Below, piece by piece: positions 1 to 8,630 of a stretch of DNA of 32,000 nt. Every line of letters begins with the position of its first letter. Position 1 is the stretch's first letter. The stretch spans positions 2,310,001 to 2,342,000 of the forward strand of contig NC_007517.1 of the NCBI RefSeq assembly GCF_000012925.1. Reading direction: 5' to 3'. A model generated the notes under the pieces. It worked only from the letters and a program-made list of their open reading frames with translations, was not told the origin of the DNA and searched no databases. The position numbers and the translations under genes are program-made. The DNA is from Geobacter metallireducens GS-15. GTDB lineage: Bacteria; Desulfobacterota; Desulfuromonadia; Geobacterales; Geobacteraceae.

Positions 1-230
1 CTAAAACTGTTGCCACTTCGCATGAGGTTGCCGAGATTCGCCAGATCGACCACAGCGTCGATTCTCTTCCCCAGCAGGGCTTCCGGAGTCTCCCCCAGCA
101 GTTTTCCAGTGGTCTCGTCAAGAGAAACAATCGCGAAATCAGTGTCTATGCAGAGAATTCCCGCACTGCTCGGCTCTGCTGACGGGTTCTCATTCAACCC
201 GACCATTGCATTATCATCGGCACATTTCAT
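1..230 (-). CDS. N-terminal part of a PAS-like sensor/regulator (partial; continues past the window start)
   Basis: A reverse-strand ATG at 230-228 opens a stop-free frame down to position 1. It reads MKCADDNAMVGLNENPSAEPSSAGILCIDTDFAIVSLDETTGKLLGETPEALLGKRIDAVVDLANLGNLMRSGNSF. The I-x-x-D...I-x-x-x-D/N...G...L-G-K pattern is typical of a PAS N-terminus. It is absent from the ORF track because no stop lies in the window. The overlapping plus-strand ORF 10-339 is Ser/Arg-rich and looks non-coding. Confidence 0.45.
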   Translation of the reverse strand, partial: MKCADDNAMVGLNENPSAEPSSAGILCIDTDFAIVSLDETTGKLLGETPEALLGKRIDAVVDLANLGNLMRSGNSF

Positions 231-340
231 AAAGCCTTCTCTCTCTACGTATCCTCACTACAAAAATGCATGTTTAAAAACCACTAACAATTCGTCACGC
301 CAGTGGTCACCCGGTCTTAGCTTCATACATTTTAATTGAG

Positions 341-368
341 TTTATACAAGAGGTTAGACTTCTGTCAA
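341..368 (-). promoter_or_regulatory. Sigma70-type promoter candidate for the PAS-like gene
   Basis: The minus strand reads TTGACA (368-363), a 16-nt spacer, then TATAAA (346-341). It lies in an AT-rich intergenic stretch about 110 nt upstream of the ATG at 230. Confidence 0.35.
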
Positions 369-405
369 TTGATAAAACATTATTTTATATAAATGCATAC
401 CAAGG

Positions 406-1263
406 CTATGCACCATACAAGACACACCCCAGAAACCTGGTGGGGTTACCGTTGAACACCTGCGCTTCGATTTCTTCAGGCAATCTCAGCTCCCTGACCA
501 TGCTGATGTAGTCAAGGGCAGAGCCGGCCTGATAGAGAAAGGTATCGGTTCCGAAGCAGATCCGGTCGGGATAGTGCATGATGAAGTCGCGGTAACTGGC
601 GGGATTACTCCGCATGTACGGCAGAAGGCCGGCAATGTCGGTAAAGATGTTGGGGTAGCGGTCGAGAAACGCACTGAACGCCTTGCGGCCGATCCCCAGG
701 TGGGGGAAATTGACCCGTACCCGCGGAAAATCGTCCAGAAGGTCTTTCATCACGTCGCCGTATCGGCGGGCGTCCATGTGGTAGAGCAGAGGAAGATCAT
801 GGTTCTCGGCGTAGGCAAACAGGTCCCATTCCCTGCGGCGGTACTGTTCGAGACTGATGCCGAGGGTATCCGGCACGTTGCCGACACCAAGGTCGTTCTC
901 GTTATCTGGTAGATAGATCCCCTTGACCCCCTTGAACCCCTGCCCCATATACCCGTCAAGGGCTGTCGCCACGTCGCCCCGCAGGTAGCGCGTATCGACG
1001 AAGGGCAATAGGGCGTGATCCACGGATTCCGCGAGCGCCAGCAAATCATCCGCTTCGTTGAAATGGGGATCCCCATGATTTTCGACGTAATCGGGAATTA
1101 GGTTCCAGGTGGTTTCAGGATCCGGGTGGGTATTCACCAGACCAGCAACGACCATCCGCCTGAGCCCTTCACGGCGCAGCAGGGCGATATCGCGGGCAAG
1201 AGCCGTCTCCTGCTGGCGGCCCACAAAACAATGCATGTGAACATCGATAATCTCAGAGGTCAT
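406..1263 (-). CDS. Metal-dependent TIM-barrel hydrolase, amidohydrolase-2-like family
   Basis: The 285-aa reading starts MTSEIIDVHMHCF, an HxH metal motif at the N-terminus. A GGGAG RBS lies 7 nt upstream. The track ORF extends to 1734, but that extension overlaps the crotonase gene and is Gly/Arg/Pro-rich junk. Stop is TAG at 408-406. Confidence 0.8.
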   Translation of the reverse strand: MTSEIIDVHMHCFVGRQQETALARDIALLRREGLRRMVVAGLVNTHPDPETTWNLIPDYVENHGDPHFNEADDLLALAESVDHALLPFVDTRYLRGDVATALDGYMGQGFKGVKGIYLPDNENDLGVGNVPDTLGISLEQYRRREWDLFAYAENHDLPLLYHMDARRYGDVMKDLLDDFPRVRVNFPHLGIGRKAFSAFLDRYPNIFTDIAGLLPYMRSNPASYRDFIMHYPDRICFGTDTFLYQAGSALDYISMVRELRLPEEIEAQVFNGNPTRFLGCVLYGA

Positions 1264-1304
1264 AATCGCGCTCCCGGCCGCTGAATATTCAACACTGGCG
1301 GCCA

Positions 1305-2141
1305 CTACCGTCCGCTGTAGCGGGGCGCCCGTTTTTCCAGAAAGGCCGTGACCGCCTCCAGATGATCGTCTGAATGGTGGGCCATGGCCTGGAAACAGGC
1401 GGTCGCATCGAGGAAATCCGGCAGGTCGTTGCGTTGGGCCAGTTTCAGCAGACGTTTCATCAGCCGCAATGCCTGGGGAGGTTTGGCGGCAATCTGACCG
1501 GCCAGCTCCCGTGCCCGCGGGAGCAACTCCTCCGGTTCCACGACCTCCAGGAACAGGCCCAGTTGCAGCGCCTCCGCAGCCTTCATGATCCTTCCGGTGA
1601 ACAACATCTCCGCGGCCCGCTGGTACCCTACAAGTCGGGGAAGGAACCAGGCCCCCCCATCCCCCGGGATGATGCCGAGATTGATGAAGGTTCCACCAAT
1701 CAAAGCCTTGTCCGAGGCGATGCGGATATCGCACATGCAGGCCAGGTCGAGACCGGCCCCCATGGCCGGCCCATTGACGGCGGCAATGACCGGGATCTCT
1801 GCCTTGTGGAGGGCCAGCGGCACCTGCTGAATGCCGCGCCGGTACTGGTTCTGGACATCAATGGGACCGCCGGCAAAGATGCCGCTCTTTTCCTGCATCT
1901 CCTTGACATTGCCGCCGGAAGAAAATGCTGCCCCTGCGCCCGTGATGACCAGCACCGAAACTTCCGTCGAGGTGTTGGCCCACTGCACCGTCCGCACGAG
2001 ATCATCGACAAGGGCTGTCCCGGTCAGGGCGTTGCGCACATCGTCCCGCTGGAAGGTCAGGACTGCTACCCCCCCGTGCAGCTCCAGGGATGAATCCTGC
2101 AACAGCGGCACAGCCGCAATAGTTAATGCTTCACCGTTCAT
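1305..2141 (-). CDS. Enoyl-CoA hydratase/isomerase (crotonase superfamily)
   Basis: Crotonase hallmarks are present: VLVITGAGAAFSSGGN and AAVNGPAMGAGLDLACMCDIRIA. The start is placed at MNGEAL (ATG 2141) rather than the upstream track start at 2192. Confidence 0.85.
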   Translation of the reverse strand: MNGEALTIAAVPLLQDSSLELHGGVAVLTFQRDDVRNALTGTALVDDLVRTVQWANTSTEVSVLVITGAGAAFSSGGNVKEMQEKSGIFAGGPIDVQNQYRRGIQQVPLALHKAEIPVIAAVNGPAMGAGLDLACMCDIRIASDKALIGGTFINLGIIPGDGGAWFLPRLVGYQRAAEMLFTGRIMKAAEALQLGLFLEVVEPEELLPRARELAGQIAAKPPQALRLMKRLLKLAQRNDLPDFLDATACFQAMAHHSDDHLEAVTAFLEKRAPRYSGR

Positions 2142-2206
2142 GCTGGATATCAAACTCCCATAAAAAAAGAGGTGACATGATCTCCATGCCACCTCCCATT
2201 GTTCAC

Positions 2207-3406
2207 TTACACGCGTTCGAAGATCGTCGCAATTCCCTGTCCGACACCGATACAGAGGGACACGAGACCGTAGCGGGAGCCACGGCGCTTCATCTCATGG
2301 ACCAGCGTGGCGGTGATCCGGGCGCCGGTGGAGCCGAGGGGGTGGCCGATGGCGATGGAGCCGCCGTTGACGTTCACCTTGGCCGGATCGATCCCCAGTT
2401 CGCGGATGCAGGGGATGGACTGGGCGGCAAAGGCCTCGTTCAGCTCGAAGAGGTCAATATCTTCGATTTTCAGGCCGGACCGTTGCAGCACCTTCTGGAT
2501 CGCCGGGATGGGGCCGAGCCCCATGTACGAGGGATCGCAACCGGCAACCGCACTGGCGACGACCCTGGCAAGCGGCTTGTAGCCGAGCTTCTTGGCGGTT
2601 TCTGCCTCCATGAGGAGGAGCGCTGCGGCGCCGTCGTTGATGCCGCTGGAGTTGCCGGCGGTGACGGTGCCCTCCTTTCTGAAGGCAGCCGGCAGCTTGG
2701 CAAGCTGCTCCATGGTGACATCGTTGCCGCGAGGGAATTCATCCCTGGAGACGATGATCGGATCCCCCTTCTTCTGGGGGATAACGACGGGAACGATCTC
2801 GTCATTGAACTTGCCGGCCGCATCGGCGGCAGCCCATTTGCGTTGGGTCTCCAGGGCAAACTCGTCCTGCTCCTGGCGGGTGAGGCCATACCGCACCGCC
2901 ACGTTCTCGGCGGTTTCGCCCATTCCTTCCTTGGCATATGGTTCAGTCATCTTCGGGTTGGTGAACCGCCAGCCGATGACGCTGTCAAACACCCTGATAT
3001 CGCGCGAGAAAGGGGATTCGGACTTGGCCATGACAAAGGGGGCACGGGTCATGGATTCGGTACCGCCAGCGATAAAGACATCACCTTCGCCGAGTTTAAT
3101 CGCATGGGCTGCGCTGTTGATGGCATTCAGGCCCGAGGCACAGAGACGGTTGATGGTCTGCCCCGCGACCGAATACGGCAGACCGGCCAGAAGCGCCGCC
3201 ATCCGGCCGACGTTCCGGTTGTCCTCGCCCGCCTGGTTGGTGCAACCGAGCACCACATCTTCGACCAGGTTCGGATCAAGATTGTTACGCTTCACCAGTT
3301 CGGAAATACAGTGGGCGGCCAGGTCGTCAGAGCGGACGTTTTTCAGGGCGCCGTTGAATTTTCCCACCGGAGTACGGACAGCATCGACAATTACTGCTTC
3401 ACGCAT
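2207..3406 (-). CDS. 3-ketoacyl-CoA thiolase, PaaJ/PcaF-like (candidate 3-oxopimelyl-/3-oxoadipyl-CoA thiolase)
   Basis: Thiolase motifs: INRLCASGL (active-site Cys), GGTESMTRAPFVMAKSESPFSR...IGWRFTNPKM (a pattern I associate with beta-ketoadipyl-CoA thiolases), NGGSIAIGHPLG and CIGVGQG. A GGAGG RBS lies 6 nt before ATG 3406 (MREAVIV). Confidence 0.9.
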   Translation of the reverse strand: MREAVIVDAVRTPVGKFNGALKNVRSDDLAAHCISELVKRNNLDPNLVEDVVLGCTNQAGEDNRNVGRMAALLAGLPYSVAGQTINRLCASGLNAINSAAHAIKLGEGDVFIAGGTESMTRAPFVMAKSESPFSRDIRVFDSVIGWRFTNPKMTEPYAKEGMGETAENVAVRYGLTRQEQDEFALETQRKWAAADAAGKFNDEIVPVVIPQKKGDPIIVSRDEFPRGNDVTMEQLAKLPAAFRKEGTVTAGNSSGINDGAAALLLMEAETAKKLGYKPLARVVASAVAGCDPSYMGLGPIPAIQKVLQRSGLKIEDIDLFELNEAFAAQSIPCIRELGIDPAKVNVNGGSIAIGHPLGSTGARITATLVHEMKRRGSRYGLVSLCIGVGQGIATIFERV

Positions 3407-3440
3407 TGGAACCTCCATCGCTTTGCGAATTAAGAGTTAA

Positions 3441-4184
3441 TTAGATGTACTGACCGCCATCAACCTTGATGCATTCGCCGGTGATGTGGCGGGACTTCTC
3501 GGAGCAGAGGAAGGTGACCAGCCAGGCGACTTCTTCCGGCTTGCCCATGCGGCCAAGGACGATGTCGGCCAGTGATTTCTGCTTCACGTCTTCCGGCAGG
3601 GCTGCCATCATTTCGGTCTCGATGAGGCCCGGGGCGATGGCGTTGCAGTTGACGTTGGACTTGGCCAGTTCGCGGGCAAGGGCCTTGGTCAGGCCAATAA
3701 TGCCGGCCTTGGCGGCGGAGTAGTTCGTCTGGCCGAATTTGCCGCGCATGCCGTTGATGGAGGTGACGTTGACGATCTTGCCGCTCCCCTGCTCTTTCAT
3801 AAGCGGTGCCACGGCGCGGCAGTAGTTGAAGTACCCCTTTAGGTTGATGGCGAGGCACTCATCCCACTGCTCCTCGGTCATCTTCCAGATGACGGCGTCG
3901 CGGTTGACGCCGGCGTTGTTCACCAGGATGTCGACGCTGCCGAATTCGGCCGCCACCTTATCCACCATCGCCTGGGCATCCTTGAAGCTGGCCACGTCGG
4001 CCTGAACCGCAATGGCTTTTTGTCCCATTTTCTGGATCTCGGCACAGATGGCGTTGGCCTCTTCGCTATGCTTGCGATAGTTGATGGCGACGTTGGCACC
4101 ACTTTTCGCCAGGTCCAGCGCTATGGCGCTGCCGATACCAAGACTAGCCCCGGTAACAATTGCATTTTTTCCTTTGAGATCCAT
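3441..4184 (-). CDS. Short-chain dehydrogenase/reductase, FabG-like (candidate 3-hydroxyacyl-CoA dehydrogenase)
   Basis: TGASLGIGSAIA (TGxxxGxG), NNAG and YSAAK (YxxxK) motifs. 247 aa. An AAAGGAGGA RBS lies upstream of ATG 4184. Confidence 0.9.
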   Translation of the reverse strand: MDLKGKNAIVTGASLGIGSAIALDLAKSGANVAINYRKHSEEANAICAEIQKMGQKAIAVQADVASFKDAQAMVDKVAAEFGSVDILVNNAGVNRDAVIWKMTEEQWDECLAINLKGYFNYCRAVAPLMKEQGSGKIVNVTSINGMRGKFGQTNYSAAKAGIIGLTKALARELAKSNVNCNAIAPGLIETEMMAALPEDVKQKSLADIVLGRMGKPEEVAWLVTFLCSEKSRHITGECIKVDGGQYI

Positions 4185-4276
4185 TGTGTTCCTCCTTTTT
4201 TACTCTACTGGGTTGGTGTTGTTATTCGGCATCCTGCTTCCGGGCCGGGCGTTCAAATTTTAAGCATTATGGTAAA

Positions 4277-4305
4277 TAAGTACTGCAATACCTATTTTCT
4301 GTCAA
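4277..4305 (-). promoter_or_regulatory. Shared promoter/operator module, copy P1 (head of the SDR-thiolase-crotonase-amidohydrolase operon)
   Basis: The minus strand reads aaatttttg TTGACA gaaaataggtattgcag TACTTA tttaccataat. That is a -35-like box, a 17-nt spacer with a conserved AAAATnGGTATTG, a GTAC-containing box, then CATAAT. See the finding on the four copies. Confidence 0.4.
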
Positions 4306-4428
4306 CAAAAATTTACTGATCTTTTCTTGGGGACTATCAATTATTCAAAGCAGGCGCGTTTGTCTCCAGGAGACACTGCTGCACGGGGAATAGCGTGTTG
4401 ATATTACTGCTATGGTGGTTGAGGTGCA

Positions 4429-6336
4429 CTAGTGAGGGGCAAGTGCCGCACAGAGTCTGGCAGCCGCGCTCTCCAGCACCGGGAGGCTCCCTTCCGGTCG
4501 CTGCAACAGAGAAGCCATTTGGGCCACGGTCTCCTGATAGGCCCTGTGGGCCTCGGCAGAAAGGAGGCCATTCTTTTCCAATTCCTTCCGGCGCTGGATG
4601 CACCTGCCGATGACCAGTGCCGCCAATCCCCCCTCCACCACCACAAGGTGGTCGGCGTCGAAGCTCTTTGCCATGGCTACCAGGCGGATGACACGGTGCT
4701 GAAGGCGCGCCAGCAATCGCTCTGCCATGCCGGAGGATTCACTCTCTGCCATGACATGAAGGTCCCGCACAATGGCAATCAGAAGGGAATGCATCCGCAT
4801 TGCCGGATTGATCGGCATCAGGTAGTGAAACGAGGCCCAGGCAATCCCGATACCGGCCACGGTGGCAAAGGCACCGGTCAGCAGGTCGTAAGCCGTACTG
4901 GTGAGCGGAACGCCGGGCTGCTCGACGAACATGAAGATGAGTGTGGCGTCGGTGGCGGCAGCCACCGTTTGTCGATACTGCATGGCGAAGACGCCGAGAA
5001 GGATCAGCGGAGCGATTACGACTCCTTCCACGAGGGGATTGGTCACCCCCGGCAGCAGAATCAGCCGGCAGAGAAGGGCCGCCGCGGAACCGATCGAGGC
5101 GCCGACAAAGACGTGAACCAGCGTGTCGGCAGGAAAATCCCGCGTGGAAAAGAGACTGACCATGATGGATGCGGGCATGAGCATCACTGCCCCCTGCTTC
5201 CACCCGGTAACTTGCCAGATAAGCCCCACGACAAGTATCGCGACTGCGGCTCGCAACGCAGCCCGCCGCCCCGCCTCCCAATCCCGATGGCGGATGAGCC
5301 GGGTCGCGGTTTCCTCATCAGGAGTGTCCGGCGCAGTATCGAACTCCGACAGAACGAGTCGAAGGGCCGACACGAGGTCTGTCAGCGTCTCCCCCAGAAG
5401 GGGAAGATTGGCTGCGGTCTCAGCCGCAACCCCCTGGAGATCGTCGATGCATGAGGAGGCTGTTGTGTGTCCTTTCAGGTTACCGGCAACCTCCTCAAGG
5501 CGCAGGACAAGTTGGCTCAGCCGATCATCACGGGAGGCATGCTGACCGCTTCCCAGGGCAACCGACCGACCGGCGGCCAGAAGGGAAAGGAGCGAGGCAA
5601 CGAGACTCCGAATGTGGCGCTTTTTCCTCTTGAAGCGCAGCGACCCCGCCCCAACAACGTCGATGAGGCTTTCAATCTCCGCGATCTCCAGCAGAATTTC
5701 CTGTTCCAGCCGCACCTGGCTGCTCTCGCCCCCATGACGCAGCAGCAGCGCCAGCCACGCGACGGCCTCCCCGGAAACCCGGCGCAGTCGGTCCACATAG
5801 TCGTCCTTCGACTGGCGTGGGGTAAAAAGGAGCGTGACCGTCGTCGCGACCATGATTCCAACAATCGTCCCGGCGATTCTTCCGAATGCGAGGTCATGGA
5901 GATGGAGAGGGGTTTGGTAGGCGCGGGCGCCAATGATGGCACAGGTACAGCCGGCCAGAAGAATGGCGTAGGAGCGGAGGCCATATATCAGGTTGCCGAT
6001 GCCGACACACCCTGCCAGCCAGAGGGAAAGCGCAAGGGTGAGAACCAGAGGCGACGTGACGTGCAGCATGAGCAGCAGCCCTGCCGCAGACCCGATGGCC
6101 GTGCCGACGAGGCGGTAATAGCTCTTTTCCAGCAAAAGCCCCCGTGTCGGCTGGATCACGATGATCGCCGTCATTGCCGCCCAGTAGGGAGATTCCAGAC
6201 GCAACAGCACGGCTACCGCAAGGGAAATGAGGGCGGCAGCGGTACCGCGGACTGCGAGCATCAGTTGTGGCCGCTGGAGGGCGAGTTGCCTGCGTACGGT
6301 AAGGGTAAGCATGTCAATCACGGTGTCTTTATGCAT
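4429..6336 (-). CDS. FUSC-family (fusaric-acid-resistance / AaeB-like) inner-membrane protein, candidate aromatic carboxylate efflux component
   Basis: 635 aa. Two hydrophobic multi-helix blocks are separated by a long soluble helical linker. The N-terminal ...LESPYWAAMTAIIVIQPT... motif is typical of FUSC/YccS proteins. No clear RBS, so the start (6336 versus 6312) is uncertain. Confidence 0.75.
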   Translation of the reverse strand: MHKDTVIDMLTLTVRRQLALQRPQLMLAVRGTAAALISLAVAVLLRLESPYWAAMTAIIVIQPTRGLLLEKSYYRLVGTAIGSAAGLLLMLHVTSPLVLTLALSLWLAGCVGIGNLIYGLRSYAILLAGCTCAIIGARAYQTPLHLHDLAFGRIAGTIVGIMVATTVTLLFTPRQSKDDYVDRLRRVSGEAVAWLALLLRHGGESSQVRLEQEILLEIAEIESLIDVVGAGSLRFKRKKRHIRSLVASLLSLLAAGRSVALGSGQHASRDDRLSQLVLRLEEVAGNLKGHTTASSCIDDLQGVAAETAANLPLLGETLTDLVSALRLVLSEFDTAPDTPDEETATRLIRHRDWEAGRRAALRAAVAILVVGLIWQVTGWKQGAVMLMPASIMVSLFSTRDFPADTLVHVFVGASIGSAAALLCRLILLPGVTNPLVEGVVIAPLILLGVFAMQYRQTVAAATDATLIFMFVEQPGVPLTSTAYDLLTGAFATVAGIGIAWASFHYLMPINPAMRMHSLLIAIVRDLHVMAESESSGMAERLLARLQHRVIRLVAMAKSFDADHLVVVEGGLAALVIGRCIQRRKELEKNGLLSAEAHRAYQETVAQMASLLQRPEGSLPVLESAAARLCAALAPH

Positions 6337-6531
6337 AAAATATAGTTAGCATGCATTCTATTATATTGCTATCTTTTTTAATCCCTTGAGGACGGTTCAT
6401 GACAACCCACCATTCTGTGATATTAGGTAAAGACACCCGACAGCTTCCAAGGACCGATACCGGTCCGCTTGCCTGGATGCCCGGAATGGATGAAGCGCCA
6501 CAGAAGATTCGGCAGAGAGGGAATCCCGAGG

Positions 6532-8547
6532 ATGATCCCGATTGAGATCGTTTCCACACTATCTCTCCTTTATATTGGCCTTCTGTATGCCGTAGCCTAT
6601 TTTGCCGACAGACGGCATGAGGCCGGCCGGAGCATCGTTGCCAACTCCTTCGTCTATTCCCTCTCCCTGGCCGTCATTTACACATCATGGACCTTTTACG
6701 GTTCCGTGGGACGGGCCGCCACCAGCGGCATCGAATTCCTCACCGACAGCCTGGGGATAACCCTCATGGCCTTCTGCTGGTGGTTCCTGCTGCGGAAGAT
6801 GGTGCGGGTCAGCAAGGAGCAGAACGTTCGCAGCATCGCCGATTTCATCTCCAGCCGCTACGGAAAGTCACCGCTCCTGGGGGCGGTCGTCACCATTATC
6901 GTCATTGCGGCGTTCCCTCCGTACATTGCCCTGCAACTTAAAGCAGTGGCCCACACCTTCGATCTCCTCACAAAACCGCCCCACATCGCCGGCGGTCTGA
7001 ACAATCTCATCCCCGCGCTCCCCCCTTTCGTGGATACCGCGTTCATTGTCACCCTGTTCCTCGCCCTTTTCGGCGTCCTGTTCGGAGCACGGCACCTGGA
7101 CGTCTCCGAGCGCCACGAGGGGCTGGTGGCCGCCATCGCCCTGCAATCGGTGGTCAAGCTCGTCGCCTTCGTCACCGTGGGGCTGTTTGTCACCTATGGC
7201 CTGTTCGACGGCTTCAGTGATATCTTCTCACGCTTTATCGCCCGATTCCCCGACCGCACAGACCTCTTTCTCCTGGGGACACCCCATGTTCCCCATTCGT
7301 TATGGTTATCCCGAGTATTGATGATCATGATTTCGTTCATGTTCCTCCCCCGCATGTTCCATGTCATGGTTATCGAGAATGCCGACGAGGGGCACATTAA
7401 AGACGCCATGTGGCACCTCCCCACCTATGCCTTTCTCCTCGCCCTGTTCGTGCTGCCCGTAGCCCTGGGAGGCATCATCCTCAGCGGAGGGGATACCGCC
7501 ATGGCCGACTTTTTTGTTATCCACCTCCCCTTGGAGTCCGGTCATCCCTGGCTGGCCCTGTTGGCTTTCATAGGAGGCTTTTCCGCTTCGGCGGGCATGG
7601 TCATCGTCGAATCGGTGGTGCTCTCCACCATGATTCTCGACCATCTGGCCTTGCCGGTCATTCTGAAGCTCAGGGTGGAAGCCTCGGACATGTCGAAAGT
7701 TCTCCTGAACATCAAACGGGCAGGGATCATTGCCATCGTCTTTTTCGGCTACCTCTACTACCGGTTCATCAGCGAATCATACGCACTGATCAACACCGGT
7801 GTCGTCACGTTCATCGCCGTGGCCCAGTTCGCGCCGTCCGTCATCGGGGGGCTCTTCTGGAAGCGTGCCAATCGTCGCGGGGCGCTGACCGGTATCCTGC
7901 TGGGATTCGTCGTCTGGTTCTACACCCTGCTGATTCCCCTCTTTATCAACTCGGGCTGGCTGCCTGACGATCTCCTTGATAACGGCCCCTTCGGCCTCGG
8001 ATTTCTGCGCCCCCAGGAACTGTTTGGCCTGAGTGGTCTCGACATGATCTCCCACGCCCTGTTCTGGACCCTGTTCTTTAACCTGGGGGCTTTCGTTGCC
8101 TTTTCCCTCCTGAGCGACCCGGACGACAGCGGAACCGAACAGGCAGTGAAATTCGTGGATGTTTTCGAGGTGCGCGATGAGTCGGTCACGCGCAAGAGGA
8201 TGAGCAAGTCCTTCGCCGTCGTGGAATTCGTGGATCTGATGACCAAGTTCATCGGCCAGGACCAGGCCCACGCCGCCATCGCCCGATTCCTCAAACACAA
8301 GCAGATCGATGAAAAGGGAAGCCTCTCGGAATACGAGCTTCCCATCCTGAAGCGGTATACCGAGAAGGTTCTGGCCGGTTCGGTGGGGGCAGCATCGGCG
8401 GGGATCATCGTGGACAGCTATCTGGCTGCGCGGGGAAGTGAACTTGAGGACGTTTTCGACATTTTCGGTACGGTTTCCCTCAGCCGCACCGCCAGCAGGG
8501 AACAACTTGGCGTTCTCTACGAGGCTGCGCGGTTAGTGGCGACCTGA
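6532..8547 (+). CDS. SLC5 (sodium:solute symporter)-like membrane sensor domain with a STAC-like helical linker. Probably the N-terminal two-thirds of a frameshifted sensor phosphatase
   Basis: About 13 predicted TM helices. The ADFISSRYGKS motif is characteristic of SSS-type sensor domains (CbrA-like). The soluble tail ends ...REQLGVLYEAARLVAT*. ATG 6532 (MIPIEIV) is preferred over the TTG at 6469. The reading frame stops exactly where a GAF domain begins in another frame. Confidence 0.75.
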   Translation: MIPIEIVSTLSLLYIGLLYAVAYFADRRHEAGRSIVANSFVYSLSLAVIYTSWTFYGSVGRAATSGIEFLTDSLGITLMAFCWWFLLRKMVRVSKEQNVRSIADFISSRYGKSPLLGAVVTIIVIAAFPPYIALQLKAVAHTFDLLTKPPHIAGGLNNLIPALPPFVDTAFIVTLFLALFGVLFGARHLDVSERHEGLVAAIALQSVVKLVAFVTVGLFVTYGLFDGFSDIFSRFIARFPDRTDLFLLGTPHVPHSLWLSRVLMIMISFMFLPRMFHVMVIENADEGHIKDAMWHLPTYAFLLALFVLPVALGGIILSGGDTAMADFFVIHLPLESGHPWLALLAFIGGFSASAGMVIVESVVLSTMILDHLALPVILKLRVEASDMSKVLLNIKRAGIIAIVFFGYLYYRFISESYALINTGVVTFIAVAQFAPSVIGGLFWKRANRRGALTGILLGFVVWFYTLLIPLFINSGWLPDDLLDNGPFGLGFLRPQELFGLSGLDMISHALFWTLFFNLGAFVAFSLLSDPDDSGTEQAVKFVDVFEVRDESVTRKRMSKSFAVVEFVDLMTKFIGQDQAHAAIARFLKHKQIDEKGSLSEYELPILKRYTEKVLAGSVGAASAGIIVDSYLAARGSELEDVFDIFGTVSLSRTASREQLGVLYEAARLVAT

Positions 8548-8630
8548 AGACCATCCTGGACAGCATCCTGGAGCTTCTCCAGCAGCAGTTCAAGTTCGAC
8601 ACGTGCGTTATCCGCATTCTCGACGAAGAA

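Noticed and set aside
10-339. Plus-strand ORF of 109 aa at the left edge.
   Set aside because: It has Ser/Arg/Pro-rich composition, no RBS, and runs into AT-rich promoter-like DNA. The opposite strand gives a clean PAS-like N-terminus starting at 230.
1264-1734. N-terminal extension of the amidohydrolase ORF (track 406-1734).
   Set aside because: The extension overlaps the crotonase gene and is Gly/Arg/Pro-rich. The conserved HxH start (MTSEIIDVHMH) has its own RBS at 1263.
8530-8547. Programmed ribosomal frameshift or selenocysteine recoding at the sensor/GAF junction.
   Set aside because: No slippery heptamer or homopolymer run occurs near 8530-8547. The downstream domain is in a different frame, so reading TGA as Sec would not join the domains. 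A simple indel, mutational or from sequencing, is the more economical explanation.
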